Of a stretch of DNA of 64,000 bases, positions 50,723 to 63,626 are shown in pieces. This DNA comes from Lama glama (taxonomy: Eukaryota): contig CM052817.1 of assembly GCA_028534125.1 (NCBI GenBank), positions 25,360,001 through 25,424,000 of the forward strand. Reading direction: 5' to 3'. Position 1 is the first letter of the stretch; each line of letters begins with the position of its first letter. A program made the position numbers and the translations under genes. Below the pieces are notes generated by a model, which was not told the origin of the DNA, made no database searches, and saw only the letters and a list, made by a program, of their open reading frames with translations.

Positions 50723-51659
50723 CCCCAAAGTAACTTACAGGTCCTGTCTCATGTCACTCGCCTTGGCGAGGACTTAAAGCCTTAAACAGTTCCTCTCAAG
50801 TATGCCCTGTTGTGAATCCCCTTTCCTGTTCAAAACCCTTTACCCCAGGAGACACCTTTCAGAAGCATCTGCCACTCCCAGCACTCCCTCTTTCAGCCTC
50901 CTCACAGAGCAGAGTCTTCTCCCAATGGCCCAGGCCTGCCCCAGAGGGGAAAGGCCACAAGGCTGACATCTCACAAGCGATTACCTTGTCCCCAGAATTC
51001 CAGAGAGACCTTTCCTCAGACCCTTCGCAGTCCTGGGTTGTGCGTGTCCTGTCTTTTCGGGCCTGGGCCTGAGGCCTGGACGAAGCACGGCCCCTCCACA
51101 CACCACCAGCAGGTTTCACTCATCCAGCCCGACACCTGTCCTCCTGGCCTCCTCACCGCCCTTCTCAGCACAACGTTCCAGGCCCTGGACGAGGGGTAAG
51201 ATGTAGCGGCACTGTCACTCCCCGCTGGGGCTGCTTGGTCCATCTATGCAAACCAAATGCATGATGCTTACAGAGGCAAAGACTGAGGCCCAGACGTAGA
51301 GGCCAATGTGCTGAAGGGCAAGGAGTCTGCTAGGGTCAGAGGTCGGGCAGTAACCCATGATTTACAGACCCAGACCAGGCTCCTCCTGGGGCACCAACCT
51401 CTTCACTTATATTCTTCGGAGTTTATCCCTCCCTATTCCTCTCTCTTGTGCCACTTTTAAATCTTCCTTAAGGAGTTATTTCTTCCAGTTATTTCTTTCC
51501 ATCCAAACCCAGACCACAGGCGCCTCTCACTAACTTCCCCTTTGTTCTACTGAAAAGCTCAGCTCTGCTCCCCTGGCATCCTCAGCCCACTGGCAGGGTT
51601 CAGACCCTCCACTGCTGCCCTCCTGCCTCCATACACATTCTACTGTAAAGGACTCTGGC

Positions 51660-52985
51660 ATTTTAAAGGCATGTTTATGCACAGCACCTCACTGATGACC
51701 AGAAAACATCTTGTGAAGTTGTCTGGGAAAATGGGTTGTTTTCTTCATTTTTATAGATGCAGAGGTTGAGATGCCAGGTAAGGGGCTTGTCCCCGGCTAC
51801 CCAGTGGATGAGTCACAGAGTCCAGGGGTAAGGACTTCATTCCCCACCTCTGCATCTAAGGGTCCCACATGCTCAGTCTCATCTCCCTCCACTGAGTGGT
51901 TCCCAGGACACCATCCTCACCAACTTTCTCCTCTACACATTTATTCCCTTGGACTCTGTCATCTGTCAACTTCCACGTTTCCAAATGTATACATTTCTGT
52001 TTTTTCCCCCAGACATCGTCATGCTTGGATGGCACCTCAGGAGCCCTACACCTAAGTATGCCTGTCTCACTTACTGTCACGTGCTGTCAGAGCTTAAGAG
52101 TTAAGAGTCTGAAATCAGACAGACCCTTATCCACATCCTGGCTCTGCCTCTTACCTGCAGTGTGACATTAGTCAAGTTATTTAACCTCTGAGAGCCTCAG
52201 TCTCTTCATCTGTACATTGAGAGTATGACTATTTCATGGGGCCAGGGTGGGGATTAAATAAGGATATGATGGCCCACGGTAAGCACTCGGTTAAACAGTA
52301 ACTAGCATCTTCACCATCATCACCAATATCTCCTACCTGGGATGGTGGTGGTGGTGGTGGTCTCCTAACCATTCCCTTGCCCCCAGGCATACCACCCCAA
52401 CTCCCTAACACCCCCATTACCCCCTCCCCCATCCAGGCTATCTACAGGTTATCTTCCACAAATGCACGTGCCCAGAAGAAAAATTAAGGAAATTTTAGGG
52501 AAATTTTTGCTTCTGTACAAAAATAAGCAAAGGAACAAAAATTAATTTTTAAAAATTGAAATTTTACTACATACTCCCACTCCTCAACCCCCCCCCCAAA
52601 AGTCCATTTCCAAATTCTGACCAGATTTTCACTAAGAAACATATCACTCCCTGGATAAAAGTGAAACAATCTCCCACCACACCTGCAGGAAACAGACTGG
52701 ACTCTGACTCGGCCAAGCCGCTCAGTGTTCCTCAAACAGCAGATCCTTTCTGAAAAGGTTAAGAGCCTGGGCTCTGGGGTTCAGATCCCAGCTCTCCCAC
52801 TCACTCCCCATGCAACTGCGGGCAAGTAGCATCACCTTGCTCTGCCTCAATTTTCTCTTGATTAAAATGAGAGAAAATCTGCCCTACAAGTTTTATGTGA
52901 GAATTCAATGAGCTAACCCATGAAAAAGAGTCAGCAGACGGCTGCACATAATAAACTCTCAACAGGTGCAAGGCGCTGTTATTAG
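51660..52985. mobile_element. Cluster of MIR SINEs (51660-51850 -, 52085-52320 +, 52755-52985 +)
   Basis: MIR cores: cattttta tagatgcagagg..; caagttatttaacctctgagagcctcagtctcttcatctgta; gggttcagatcccagctct..tgagaattcaatgagctaa. Confidence 0.8.
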
Positions 52986-53726
52986 TGTTCATATGCTTTT
53001 CCCCCTTGTCGGAACTAGTTCCACAGGATCCCATCCCCACCACTCCCTCCTCACTCCCTGTTTGTTTTGTCATCTGGAAGACACCTCCTCCTCGAAGCCT
53101 TTCTGGATTGATGCATCTGAATTCCTTTTGTGGCAGGTACATACCCTTTCTCTACAGCCCTCTGCATTTTTTTGCCTGGATGCTGACTTTACTACATCAT
53201 GAGCATCTTGAAGAAGACAGATTTCCTGCCCATCGCAAGCAAGAAGAGCAGGGGAGGGAGAAGGTGGTGGTGCGGAGGGGGAAGACAGGAAGTAATGCTG
53301 ATGCCTGGGCTGTAAACTCACCAAATGTTTATGGTTAACCTTAACCAAAATGTATAACGTTAAAAGTCTTCCATTGATGCATAGATTCTCAGTAGTACCC
53401 TCCCAAGAAACATTTTAAGATATTTAAGAATCCCCATTTACATCATATGACGTTGGCCTCCAACTCCACCCCTCAATCCAGAAACCATTTGAGAGAGGGT
53501 GCAGGTTTGCTCACACTCTTTCCTGACATTCTTTTCTAATGGTTTTTGTAAAAGAAATTGTTAATTGTTACGAATTCATTTAACATATCTATTTTTCTTT
53601 ATCCAAAGATTCTGTTCCATCAGCAAGCCACTCTGCCTTGGAATTGCAAACTGGGCAGGGGGAAGAACCACAGGAACCAACACCGAGAGAGCCATGAATA
53701 CACAGCCCACACCTAGCCGCTGCAAG

Positions 53727-53781
53727 ACACACAACACACACACAACACAAATTCTGGCCCCAAAGACCAAGACATTTTATT
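53727..53781 (-). terminator. Candidate poly(A) site (AATAAA + strong GU-rich downstream element)
   Basis: Minus strand AATAAA (plus tttatt 53776-53781) followed ~24 nt later by TTGTGTTGTGTGTGTGTTGTGTGT (plus 53727-53750). Confidence 0.45.
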
Positions 53782-54889
53782 TGCCATTATATGCGTTCTC
53801 TCCAGGAACTAAATGTCTCATGTCAAATGAGAAATAGTTTTCCCACATCGTTTCCTCCTCACCCCAACGTCTCCACCAAATTCGTACTTTCTATATGTCT
53901 ATTGAAAACTGGGGCAATGGTTTATAACAACAATTCTAAGTAAATGAGGAAAACTCAACATCTGGAATTGATACTTCCGCATTTTACAAAAGAATAAACA
54001 CATCTCATATCCTCTTTTGTTTGCCATGGCACCAAAAAAAAAAAAAAAAGAAAGAAAGAAGAAAAGAAAGAGAGAGAGAGTCTAGATTCGGTTCGTTTCA
54101 GTCTGGAATGCAAATACTGGACACCAGCCTGCCTGTCTCACAATGAGTGCCTTGGAGAAATGGTGAGGTGTCCAGGGTACGGGAAGAGCTGTTTTTAAAG
54201 AACTAAAACAAAACTGCAGAAACTGGAACGCCCAAATGTTTGCAGTGTCCAAACTGGCCGAGAAACTGTGGCGTGAAAGCCCTCAGCCTGAGCTCACAGG
54301 TACCTGAGTGGTCCAGAATTACAGAGCTCTCTGGGCTGAACTCTGTGAACTGCAGGTGCAGGTTACAGATGGGAGCTTCGGTTGTAGGAACGTGCCAAGC
54401 ACATAGCAAAACTCAATTGAAAAGAGCCAAGTTTATGATTATCGTCCGAACTTGAATATGAGCGGGAGGCAACAAATTCCATAGGATTCAGAAGAACTGC
54501 TATATTTTTCCTTATGAGTCAATTTAAATACTGAGTAGGAGAAGGTAGCACCATATTTTACTTTTCACTGAGAACATTTTCAACATTTTCATGAACATTT
54601 TCAGCGCTATGGAAACAAAATTCTCCTGCCTGTCATTTAGTCCTGCAAGCATTAAATCAATATCAGTCCTATCTTCATCAAAATAAAAACAGATTAGCTT
54701 TGTTTAAAGAATGTTTATAGAAACTTGTATACTTAAAGTTCAAGTATAAAGTGAAGCAGCAAGGGATGGTCTAACACTAAAACAACACAATTCTAACTTA
54801 CATCACATTTCTGCCTATTTTAACCTCCAGGTTGATTTATACTGATGGAATGGATTGGGGATGATGACAGAGGAAAATTTTTTAAGCCT

Positions 54890-55060
54890 TTACAATATCC
54901 TAGGCACTGTGAGATGCCTTACAAACATCTCTGATCCTCACAGCATTATTATTAGGTATTATTATTTCTATCTTACAGATGAGGACACTGAAGCCCAGAG
55001 AAGATATGTAACTTACCCAAGATCACACAGTTAGTGAATGGCAGAGACAAAATTCAAATT
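54890..55060 (-). mobile_element. MIR SINE
   Basis: ttacagatgaggacactgaagcccagagaag..aacttacccaagatcacacagttagtgaatggcagag. Confidence 0.88.
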
Positions 55061-55776
55061 CTTATTTAGGATTTTTTCCTTGCCACATTTAGAGAGAGCT
55101 CTTGTATATCACTGGGTATTTGAGAGAATATGATGGGAACTTTGGTATTGATGAAACCTTGTTAAAGTGGTTTGGGATCAGATTTTAGAGAATAATTTCT
55201 GGGGAGATGTTTATGTATTGTATTTTCCTAGGGGTCAGAATTTGAACTTGGAATTTATACTGAAATTTGCAATACTTTAAAACTACTGTCTTCTCTAATC
55301 TAAGGATATTTTCACTTCTTCTTTTTTTTACTTTTTATGACCAAGTTTTGGAATTATAAGTGAAAAAAAGAAAACCTCTTTTAGCATGTTCTCTGCACCT
55401 CCAATTTTTCTAGCTATTACTAGTAACTCCTATAGACACAAACACGTGAGAAATCTCTAAAGTGAAATTTCAGTTTAAAAAAAAAAAGCAGCTAATCACA
55501 TCAAAGAAAAGTAGGCCCTGGAAGATACTCTCTAGAAGACAGTATTAATATATAATTATTTTAGGAGAAACTATGAATCTGTTTAACCCCCACCACCACC
55601 AAATTAAATAATCTAATCAGATCACTTAGAGAAGTAAGTGCTTTCCGTGGCCCTACCCTAAGATCATATTGCTACTTAACCTGCTTTTAAACAAACAAGA
55701 ATTTTTTTAAACATTTTCTATCCTTTAAGCAAATGCTCTTCGCTTGGCCAAATGACAGTGTTCAAGAAATGCCTAC

Positions 55777-55919
55777 CACAGAAGCATAAAAAACCCTTGG
55801 CAACATTCCAGAAGAAATTCACCCAGCATAATGTGTTCCAGCAAATGCTCAATAGCTTTCTGGTGAACATGCTGGCTCTGTGTGCACTTGAACAGGATCT
55901 GAAAAGAACAAAAGAAAAA
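55777..55919 (-). other. Candidate internal exon of an unidentified transcript (span includes the acceptor tract)
   Basis: Strong acceptor tttttcttttgttcttttcag|ATCCTG (exon starts 55898). Candidate donors TGG|GTGAAT (55823) or GTG|GTAGGC (55777). No recognisable protein. Confidence 0.25.
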
Positions 55920-57239
55920 CTGATAGACATTTTCCTTTTTGTTAGTCTGGTGAAGTAGCCCTCAGCTCGACTGAGCCAACTTTCCAAACTTGGAAAAATG
56001 AACGCATGTATGGCTAACTTCTAAACCCGGCTCTGGGCGCAGATGTAAACTTTCTTTTACTACATTTGATTCCCTGAAATTCAAGTATAATTATATTGTT
56101 TGTCTTGTCATCCAATAAAATGGGCATTAGCATTTGGTTCTCTTTGGAGTGTATGATTTGTTTAGATGGATGTATTCTTTCAAATGATTAGTAGTGCTAT
56201 CATAATGAGAACAGTTTGGATTATACATCACCTCTCGATATAATATTAAAAAGAGGGCGACTGGAGGGATGAGCCTCTTCAAAACATGTCAAAAGTGTGC
56301 TTGTAATTGGCTAAGGCTATTAACATCTCCAGCTATTTATCAGAATTTCACCACACACAAAATTAAGACTTTAAGATAAAATCCATTTCCCTTCTATAAA
56401 GTGAAATAGATGCACATTTTAATATTTTATGGCCCTTTGCAACTTTTTCTTAGGATGAACATTCCCTACTTAAAAAAACGAAATGGTTGGACATTTTGCA
56501 ATCTATGAAACTGTAACAATACATTTGGTCCCAGTTCTCTTTGGACCCGGGGGGAAGCCAGGGTTGGGCTGGGCCGGCATAGAGTGTGTACTGAGAGCCT
56601 GTTTGACCTTGAAAGCCCTGAATAGAAAAAGGGGGCGAATGGCTGGAAAGATAAACTTTCCTCCATCTGATGTTCTAGAACACATGCAAAGAACTGAAAC
56701 TCAACCCATTTTGCAGGCAAGAGGCTATAGATGCAAATGCCAGGCCTGGGGGAAACTCAGACCCTGGCGAAGGACTGAGGCACTAGAACTTGCCTTCACA
56801 GGGCCCTCAGCTAACAGTCCATCAGCCTGCTTCACCTAGGGCCTTCTTCTGGTTCCCTGGGGCCACTTGCAGGACTGTAGTGGGAGGACCACTGGCTCAG
56901 GACCTAAAATAAAGGCTTTTGATGGCATCACAGAGATACCCCGACCGGACTGACAAGAAAGGACTCATCGCACAACTTTAATGGCTAAACATAAACACTT
57001 AAAATGTGCTGTGCTGGTTGTAACATTCTTTTGGCATTTCTTCATTTATTACTGTGCTGGAAGCCTCAAAAAATGGAAGAGACCCAACTCTTGGGACCTC
57101 TGAGAGGCCCTGGCTACCAGGAAGTCATGTGGTGTGTCAGAAGAAGGCAAGATATTTACAAAACCCTCAGCTGCTTTTTGCAGAAAAAAGCTGAGCCTCT
57201 AGACTTCCCGGTCACCAGAGTCAATAACCAAATGTGAAA

Positions 57240-57580
57240 CCAGCACAAAACAGATGAAACCAGAAAGATCTTTGACCGGCATCCTCATCCTGATCTCTCC
57301 ATCCTCACAAAAGTAACCATGATTATGATTCAAAGCATTTCCTTCCAGATTTTAAAAAAGACACACACACACACACACAAAGAATAAATGATGTTATTTT
57401 ATGTGTTTTTCTTCCATATGTGGTATAACGTTTTACACACCCTAAGAATTGCTTTATTCACTCAAGAATATTTTGAGACCTATCCTTGTGGCTTCATGTA
57501 GATTTATTTCAATAATTGTGGCTGCTGATTATACTCCATCATTTGAAATCACCACTTTTATTTACCCGTTCCCTCACTGA
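57240..57580 (-). mobile_element. L1ME-like 3' fragment containing (AC)n
   Basis: gtaaccatgattatgatt..ttgctttattcactcaa..ttttgagacctatccttgtg..tccatcatttgaaatcaccac. Confidence 0.6.
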
Positions 57581-58036
57581 AGCACATCAATATTTGTCTG
57601 TTGCTGATCTGACGTCTTCCTCCAGCCCACGTAAGATCTCCCTTCTCTGAAGTCTGCTGCACTTTATTCTCCTTAGCTGCTCCACGTATGTGTGGTCTAT
57701 TTCCCTGACTAGAAAGTAAACTTCTAGAGAGCAAATTCTATGTCCAGCATCTAATAGAATCATTGCATCGACGTAGTAATTTGGTGAATGACGAACTTAG
57801 GGCTTTTCACTCTCTCAGAAAGCTTACCAGCTGCTTTGGAGTTTCAGAGGCCCAACAAATTCTATCTAGTTATTTATTTCCTCCTATTTCTTAAAAGAGA
57901 AGTTCTGTATTTTCAAAACAGGTTCAAAGAAAATTCACTTCCTTTCCCAGTCTAGATTTGTGGTGATCAGCATCTCTATAAGGTGTTCCAAATCCTAACA
58001 CTGGTGACACAAAAAAGATTGTACCTTTTAAAGATC

Positions 58037-58042
58037 TGTGTA

Positions 58043-58105
<63 letters not shown>

Positions 58106-58140
58106 GAGACAAGGAGACAAACACAGAGAGAGAGGAGGAG
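58037..58140. repeat. Compound (TG)n(AG)n microsatellite
   Basis: Read directly. Confidence 0.95.
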
Positions 58141-59359
58141 GAAGCTGTACGATCCCAGACCCGCCCTGGGGCGTGGCCCTGTGGCCCTGCTGGCCTGGAG
58201 GCCAAGCCAGGCACAAAGGACTGATTCTCTCTGCAAATGAAATCTGGGTAACAAGCACTTTTCCTTTAAAAATCTTATCCTGCCACTTTTACTTCACCCT
58301 TTTAGGTTACTATAATCAAAATCAGTTTTCATTCCTTCCCTGGAAAGTAGTCTCTAACACTTTAGGTTTCCTAAAAAATAATAAAAAACTTAATGCTCTT
58401 TCTAGGGACAATGAAGAGAGTGCAAAGTCCCCACATCCACTCATCAGAAATCCTCCAGGCCATTTAGCCAGACACTGGGTCATGCCATAAAGACTGCTCT
58501 GAAACTGAAAACCTTGCCAAGGAGACTCACCCACTGCATGTTCGTTAGAGGAAAGGAGGAGGCGTGGACATGTTAAAGCTGCAGAAGCAAACAGGTAGGC
58601 TGGGACCTCTCCGTGTTTGTTAGATCATTTTTTTCATTTTGTGAAGTTATTTCAATTCTTTCCTCGTCCAAGACATTTTCAGCCACAGTGTTTGACTTTT
58701 TTGAGTCTGATCCCTCTGTTCCAGCCAGGTCTCCCCACAAATGCATAGACGCTCATACACATGCAACTCTGCAAAGAAGTTCAAGGGCTTCAAAAATCCC
58801 CTGAGACCAGTGGAGCCAAGGTGAAGAAGATCTAAAGGAAGGTGAAATTGCCAAGAATCCAGATGTTGGCAGAAACAATAAAAGTGACAGGCATGATATG
58901 CATTGATAGTAGCTACAGAATAAAATCAATCACCATTTGGGGTTTTGAGAAAGAACTGCTGATCCTGACTTGGTCTTTTCAGACACAAGAGTAACAATAA
59001 GTCATCAATGGACAGCCATCGTTGAATATAAAGAATGACTCTGTGTCTGGAAGGTAACATGCTGGGCAAGGCGCAGGACGATATTGATCACAAGGATATT
59101 GTCTCATCAAAAGTGTCCACACCTATAGCAAGTGCTAGAAGTAACTGAATAAACAATCTTGCCCCTAAGTGCTCTTCACCTCAATTTCTTATCACCGTGG
59201 CAACATTTTTTTCAGTAGCTACTCTATCCTCAAAATCAGTCTTAGTCCTACTGCAATTTCAAAGACTTCATATGCTATCTTCCTTAGATCTAATCTTTTC
59301 CAAACCTTTAACTATTTCTAAACCCATGTATTCCTAAGATTACCGTCATCAGAGCAACT

Positions 59360-59790
59360 TTCACCGTTTATAGAGTGACACCATTTACAGAGCTATGCCT
59401 GTAGCACTAAAAATACACCATGGATGTGTATTAAACCCATACAACAGCTCTGCTAGGTTGATAGTAGTATTTCCATTTTAAAGATAAGATACAAGTTTCA
59501 AAGAGAAGTCACTTACTGAAGGTTACAGAGCAAGGAACTGGCAGAACCAGGTTTATCCTTGATTCCATTTGACGGCAAACTCTATCTCAGTCCTATTGGC
59601 TGGTGTCACCATCTGTTTTCCAGAAAATTCTTAAAATTTCAGAATTCTCAATTTAGATGTGTTCTCAGCTTTCTTTGGCTCATAGAATATTTGAGCAGAA
59701 AAGGATGTTAGAGGCACTCTCATCTAACCCTCACACTTTACAAATGAGGAAACTGACACCCAGTGAGACTGGGTTACTGGTCCAACCATG
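59360..59790 (-). mobile_element. Two MIR fragments
   Basis: ccattttaaagataag..gaactggcagaaccagg; ttttacaaatgaggaaactgacacccag. Confidence 0.7.
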
Positions 59791-62440
59791 ATCTTCCCTT
59801 TTCTGGTTCCTGAGGGGGCAGGACCCACATCCTTTGGGAAGTAATTTCACGCTTCCCCTAGCATAGCTCTAAGTGCACCAAAAGTCGCTGTGTGGACATT
59901 TGATCACCATTCCAAAAGCTGCAGAAACTTAAGTCCAGAACGTCTGAATGACCAGAGCAAAGGAGGGCCAGACTCAGATGTCACTGACCTCAAAGGGAGT
60001 AGAACGATCCAAGGTGCGCCCCTTCCCACGCCCCCAAGGAAGCCAAGGATGTTGCCTGGTCCTCGAAGTTAGTGTAGCAATGAATACGAGACATGTAAAA
60101 TCACAGCAAAGGGGGCTCCCAAAACCAACACCTGCATCTGAAAGCCACTTCTACAGACAGCAGTGACATGCATCCCAACTAAGCAGATAATTTCTTCAGT
60201 CTGTAGTAGCTGGAATGAGGAGGGAGAGGACAAGTCAGCGCTTGCAAGCTTGCCTTTAGGTTTGTTATCAAGAATAGCAAGTAATTGCCGTATTTCAAAT
60301 GTGTTTAAAAGTCCTGAATCACGTAACTATCCAGCCTTGTGTTGTCCTTGAAAATGCAAAAATAGAAATGGAAGAAATTATCTAAGGGCAATAAAGCAGG
60401 GAAGCAGACATCAAGCAGGGGTGTGGGCTCCCATTCATTATTGCCAATGCTTATAAACACTTACTGTATGACAGTGGCTGACAAGCCCTGTTAAGACCAG
60501 GGTAATAAATATGGTTCCAATCTCTCTCCTACAGAGATAAATAATAATGCAAGAAAATAAAGAATGTAATAGTTTAATAGGCATTCTTATTTTCTAACGA
60601 AGGAAGTTTAGGTGACCTTAATGCTTTTTATACTCATTTTGTCACTTCATTACATTGTTAGGTTACATCAAAAACGCAACAGGCTTTATTTAATAGGTTA
60701 CATGTAACAAAGAGAGGACACACAGGGTGGGTCAGTGACCTGGGCTTGCCTGAATTAGCTTTAGTTGATTCACTTAACGTCTTCAAGCTTCCCTGGGCTA
60801 TTTTGTGAATAAGTATGGTTAAACACAAGGTGCTACGTGTATATTCAATGTAAATACACACACACACATTCACATCTGTATATGTTGAATATATTGCGAC
60901 CATTTGCTACATCCCGGTACAGAGCCTGCTGATTAGTTGAATAAGTTAGTTCGCTGGGCTCTCAAAGTATAAATCCTGAGCCCTCTCAGGGCACATGCAC
61001 TGTTTGCTCAATCCGTAAACACGTAATTATTGAACTTGCCTTCTAAAGTAACACCACACCCTGGATATGATGCAAAGCCCAGCATTACCAGATAAGCTCT
61101 GTCTCAAGTTTCTGCTCGTTGTAGTGCCTGAAGTATTTGCTCATAGGCTCAGGGACTGAAGCAGAAGTAAACAGTCAGGCCAGTATTATAGGGACACCTG
61201 TGTTACAAAATCGACTTTCTTCTATTGTGAAAGCAATGAATGAAGTTCAGCAGGACTCCTGTAAGAATGCCGATTCATTCCCCATCACGTTGGTCAAACA
61301 GGACTTCGACCTTATCACCTGCCTCCCTAGCCCGCCCATGGCAGTCTACTTTCCTGGGGTATCAGATCCAAGCTCCAAGTCTCAGCGGCCACGCCTCACC
61401 TCCCGCCTGGCCTCTGTCGGCGCCCTCATGCAGCTCGGTTACCCAGGCCTGCTCTCCCACCTCTGGCGGGGGCTTTGCATGATGCATTGAATCTGCCTGG
61501 ACTGATGACTCTTTTTACCTTTAAAACTCTACAAAATCACTTCTTTTGTGAATCTTTCTTCTCTAATGAAACAGAACCCAGTGTCCCAGGCAAGCGGCTC
61601 GGGCACCACCTGGCACGGCGGTTAGGTATGATTTTTGATATCCTTCCCTCCCCACCAAGATATGATATAGCTAGAACCTGGGAGCCAGATGTACCCACCA
61701 CGCAGGAACTGTGCCTCAGTGTCCCTTCCTGTAATACAGAGGTAGATTTCTAGATAGATAACCAAAGAGCTTAGAATAGTGCCTGATATGTGGTAAATGT
61801 TCAAAAAAAAAAAAAAAAACTACCGAAGTGCAAGCATAATGGCAACTCCCATCGGCCCTGGTGTACAGGAGAGGACAGGGAGGGACAGGGCTGCCTCTGG
61901 GGTGGCCTGACGAGGACACGCCTGAAATGGTTGCATTGCCAGCCATCCCCATGGAGGGACCTGGCCGGGCGTGACCAAGAGAAAGCAAAATCCACATTTC
62001 TGGAGTTTAAATTATTTGTTTTACATTTTAAAAAATAATGTTTGAGCCAAAGAAAGTATGTCTACAGGCAGATTTAGCCTTAAAGCCACCATTTTGTGAC
62101 CTCTGACATTAACGAATCTATAATTTGTATGTGTGAGTTTTCATTTTTCTGTGTTTATCCTCTATACTCCTTCCTCAATTAAATATCCTAGGGGTAACAG
62201 AAATCTGCAGAAGGTACTTGATTAAGGTCAATTGACCAAGGAAGGTTTATTAAGGAACAGACACCAATGGAACTTTTCTGAAAGAAAACAATAAGTAAAT
62301 TAGTGTCACCCAAGTTTAGTGCCCTCTTTCAGTTCAGGTCAACAATCCAAGCCCTGGGGATACAAATATGAACAAGATGTAGCCCTTGATCTTAAGGGAT
62401 GTACAGACAACTGTAATGTTTTCAAAATATATTCCATATT

Positions 62441-62590
62441 GGGGGGGGGCTAGGTAGAGCTCAGTGGTAGAGTGCATGCTTAGCATGCACAGGGTCCTGG
62501 GTTCAATTCCTCAGTACCTCCATAAACAAACAAACAAACAAACAAACAAACCTAATTACCTCCCCACCAAAAAACAAACAAACTAAAAAA
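62441..62590 (+). mobile_element. Vic-1-like SINE with (AAAC)n linker
   Basis: agctcagtggtagagtgcatgcttagcatgcacagggtcctgggttcaattcc..(aaac)n ctaattacctcccc + A-rich tail; no clear TSD. Confidence 0.92.
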
Positions 62591-63571
62591 GTGGACACCA
62601 ATTATCGATATAGCATGTGATTCTATACCCAATGTATAGAAGAGAAACTGAGGTTAAGTGACCAGTCCAAGGTCACTCCACTAGTTCGTGGCATTGTAAC
62701 AAAAATCCAGTTCTGCTGCACTCTAATATTCGCGCATAAGACGCCTATTTCCCAGTGCCTGTGATACTGGGGAAATCAGGCTCAGGAAGAGGGTTGATAT
62801 CCAGTGTGTTAGAAGGAGGCACTGATAGCACCACGGAAGGCAGGCTTTGAAAAAGCACCTGTGAATAATTAGGGAGATTTTTTTTTCTTATTAGTTATAA
62901 TTTTCCATCTACCAAAAAGAATTTGAAACTACTTTCAACAAAGCATAATGCCATATATATATTTTTTAAAGTTTAAAAGGACAAAGTAATGAAGGGAAAC
63001 AGAGATTAAATTCCCGTTTCAGAAAGTTGAGGGTAAGAATAGGTAGCACAAGTGGGCATAAATCTAAGCTCTGATCTTCCTAAGAGACAAGAATGGGGAA
63101 GTGACAATGTTCTTGTTTATCAAAAGAGGCAGACTAATTTTAATTTTAGCATATATTATCACCATTTGTTCTGATTTCTGAATTACAGGAATGCAGAAAA
63201 ATTTAGGAAAAATCAGTATTCTTATGGAAAACATTGATTTGAAAGCACAGCATTTTACAAAAACAAACAAACGAAAGGAGTGAAGAAAAGAGTGAATTAG
63301 TTACATTGTAAAGTCTGTGGGTTGATCAGAAGATTTGGAAAATTTGTAACAACATCCTCACTCGCACACACATGACACACGTGGTTTGGCCGGTTCTGCA
63401 AAGGAAAGTAGAGCTTTGGCACCCAGTTGAGGGCTGTGCAGCAGAGTATTGGAACTGGAATTTAGAAAGCGGGGGAGGATGAGCAAAAAGTTGCCCTCTT
63501 CATAAACAGCACACATTTCAAGTTCCTGACTGGGTGAAATATAGTCAAAATGGCGCATCAAACACGAGATG

Positions 63572-63626
63572 CACAACATTGTAAAATGACTATAACTCAA
63601 TTAAAAAAAAGTTTATATAAAAAAAG
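63572..63626 (+). mobile_element. ~55-bp L1 3'-terminal micro-insertion
   Basis: cacaacattgtaaaatgactataactcaatt + A-rich tail. TSD core cacgagatg (63563-63571 / 63632-63640). Confidence 0.8.

Noticed and set aside
57924..58490. Overlapping ORFs with CVCV/RERE/SLSL runs
   Set aside because: Translation of the (TG)n(AG)n microsatellite.
62441..62525. tRNA-like sequence (also at 25440-25521, 27020-27085, 30926-31000)
   Set aside because: Degenerate tRNA-derived SINE heads with SINE-specific 3' parts, A-rich tails and TSDs; not tRNA genes.
62748..62776. Short hairpin tttcccagt..actggggaaa
   Set aside because: Too short and imperfect for a pre-miRNA or structured RNA call.
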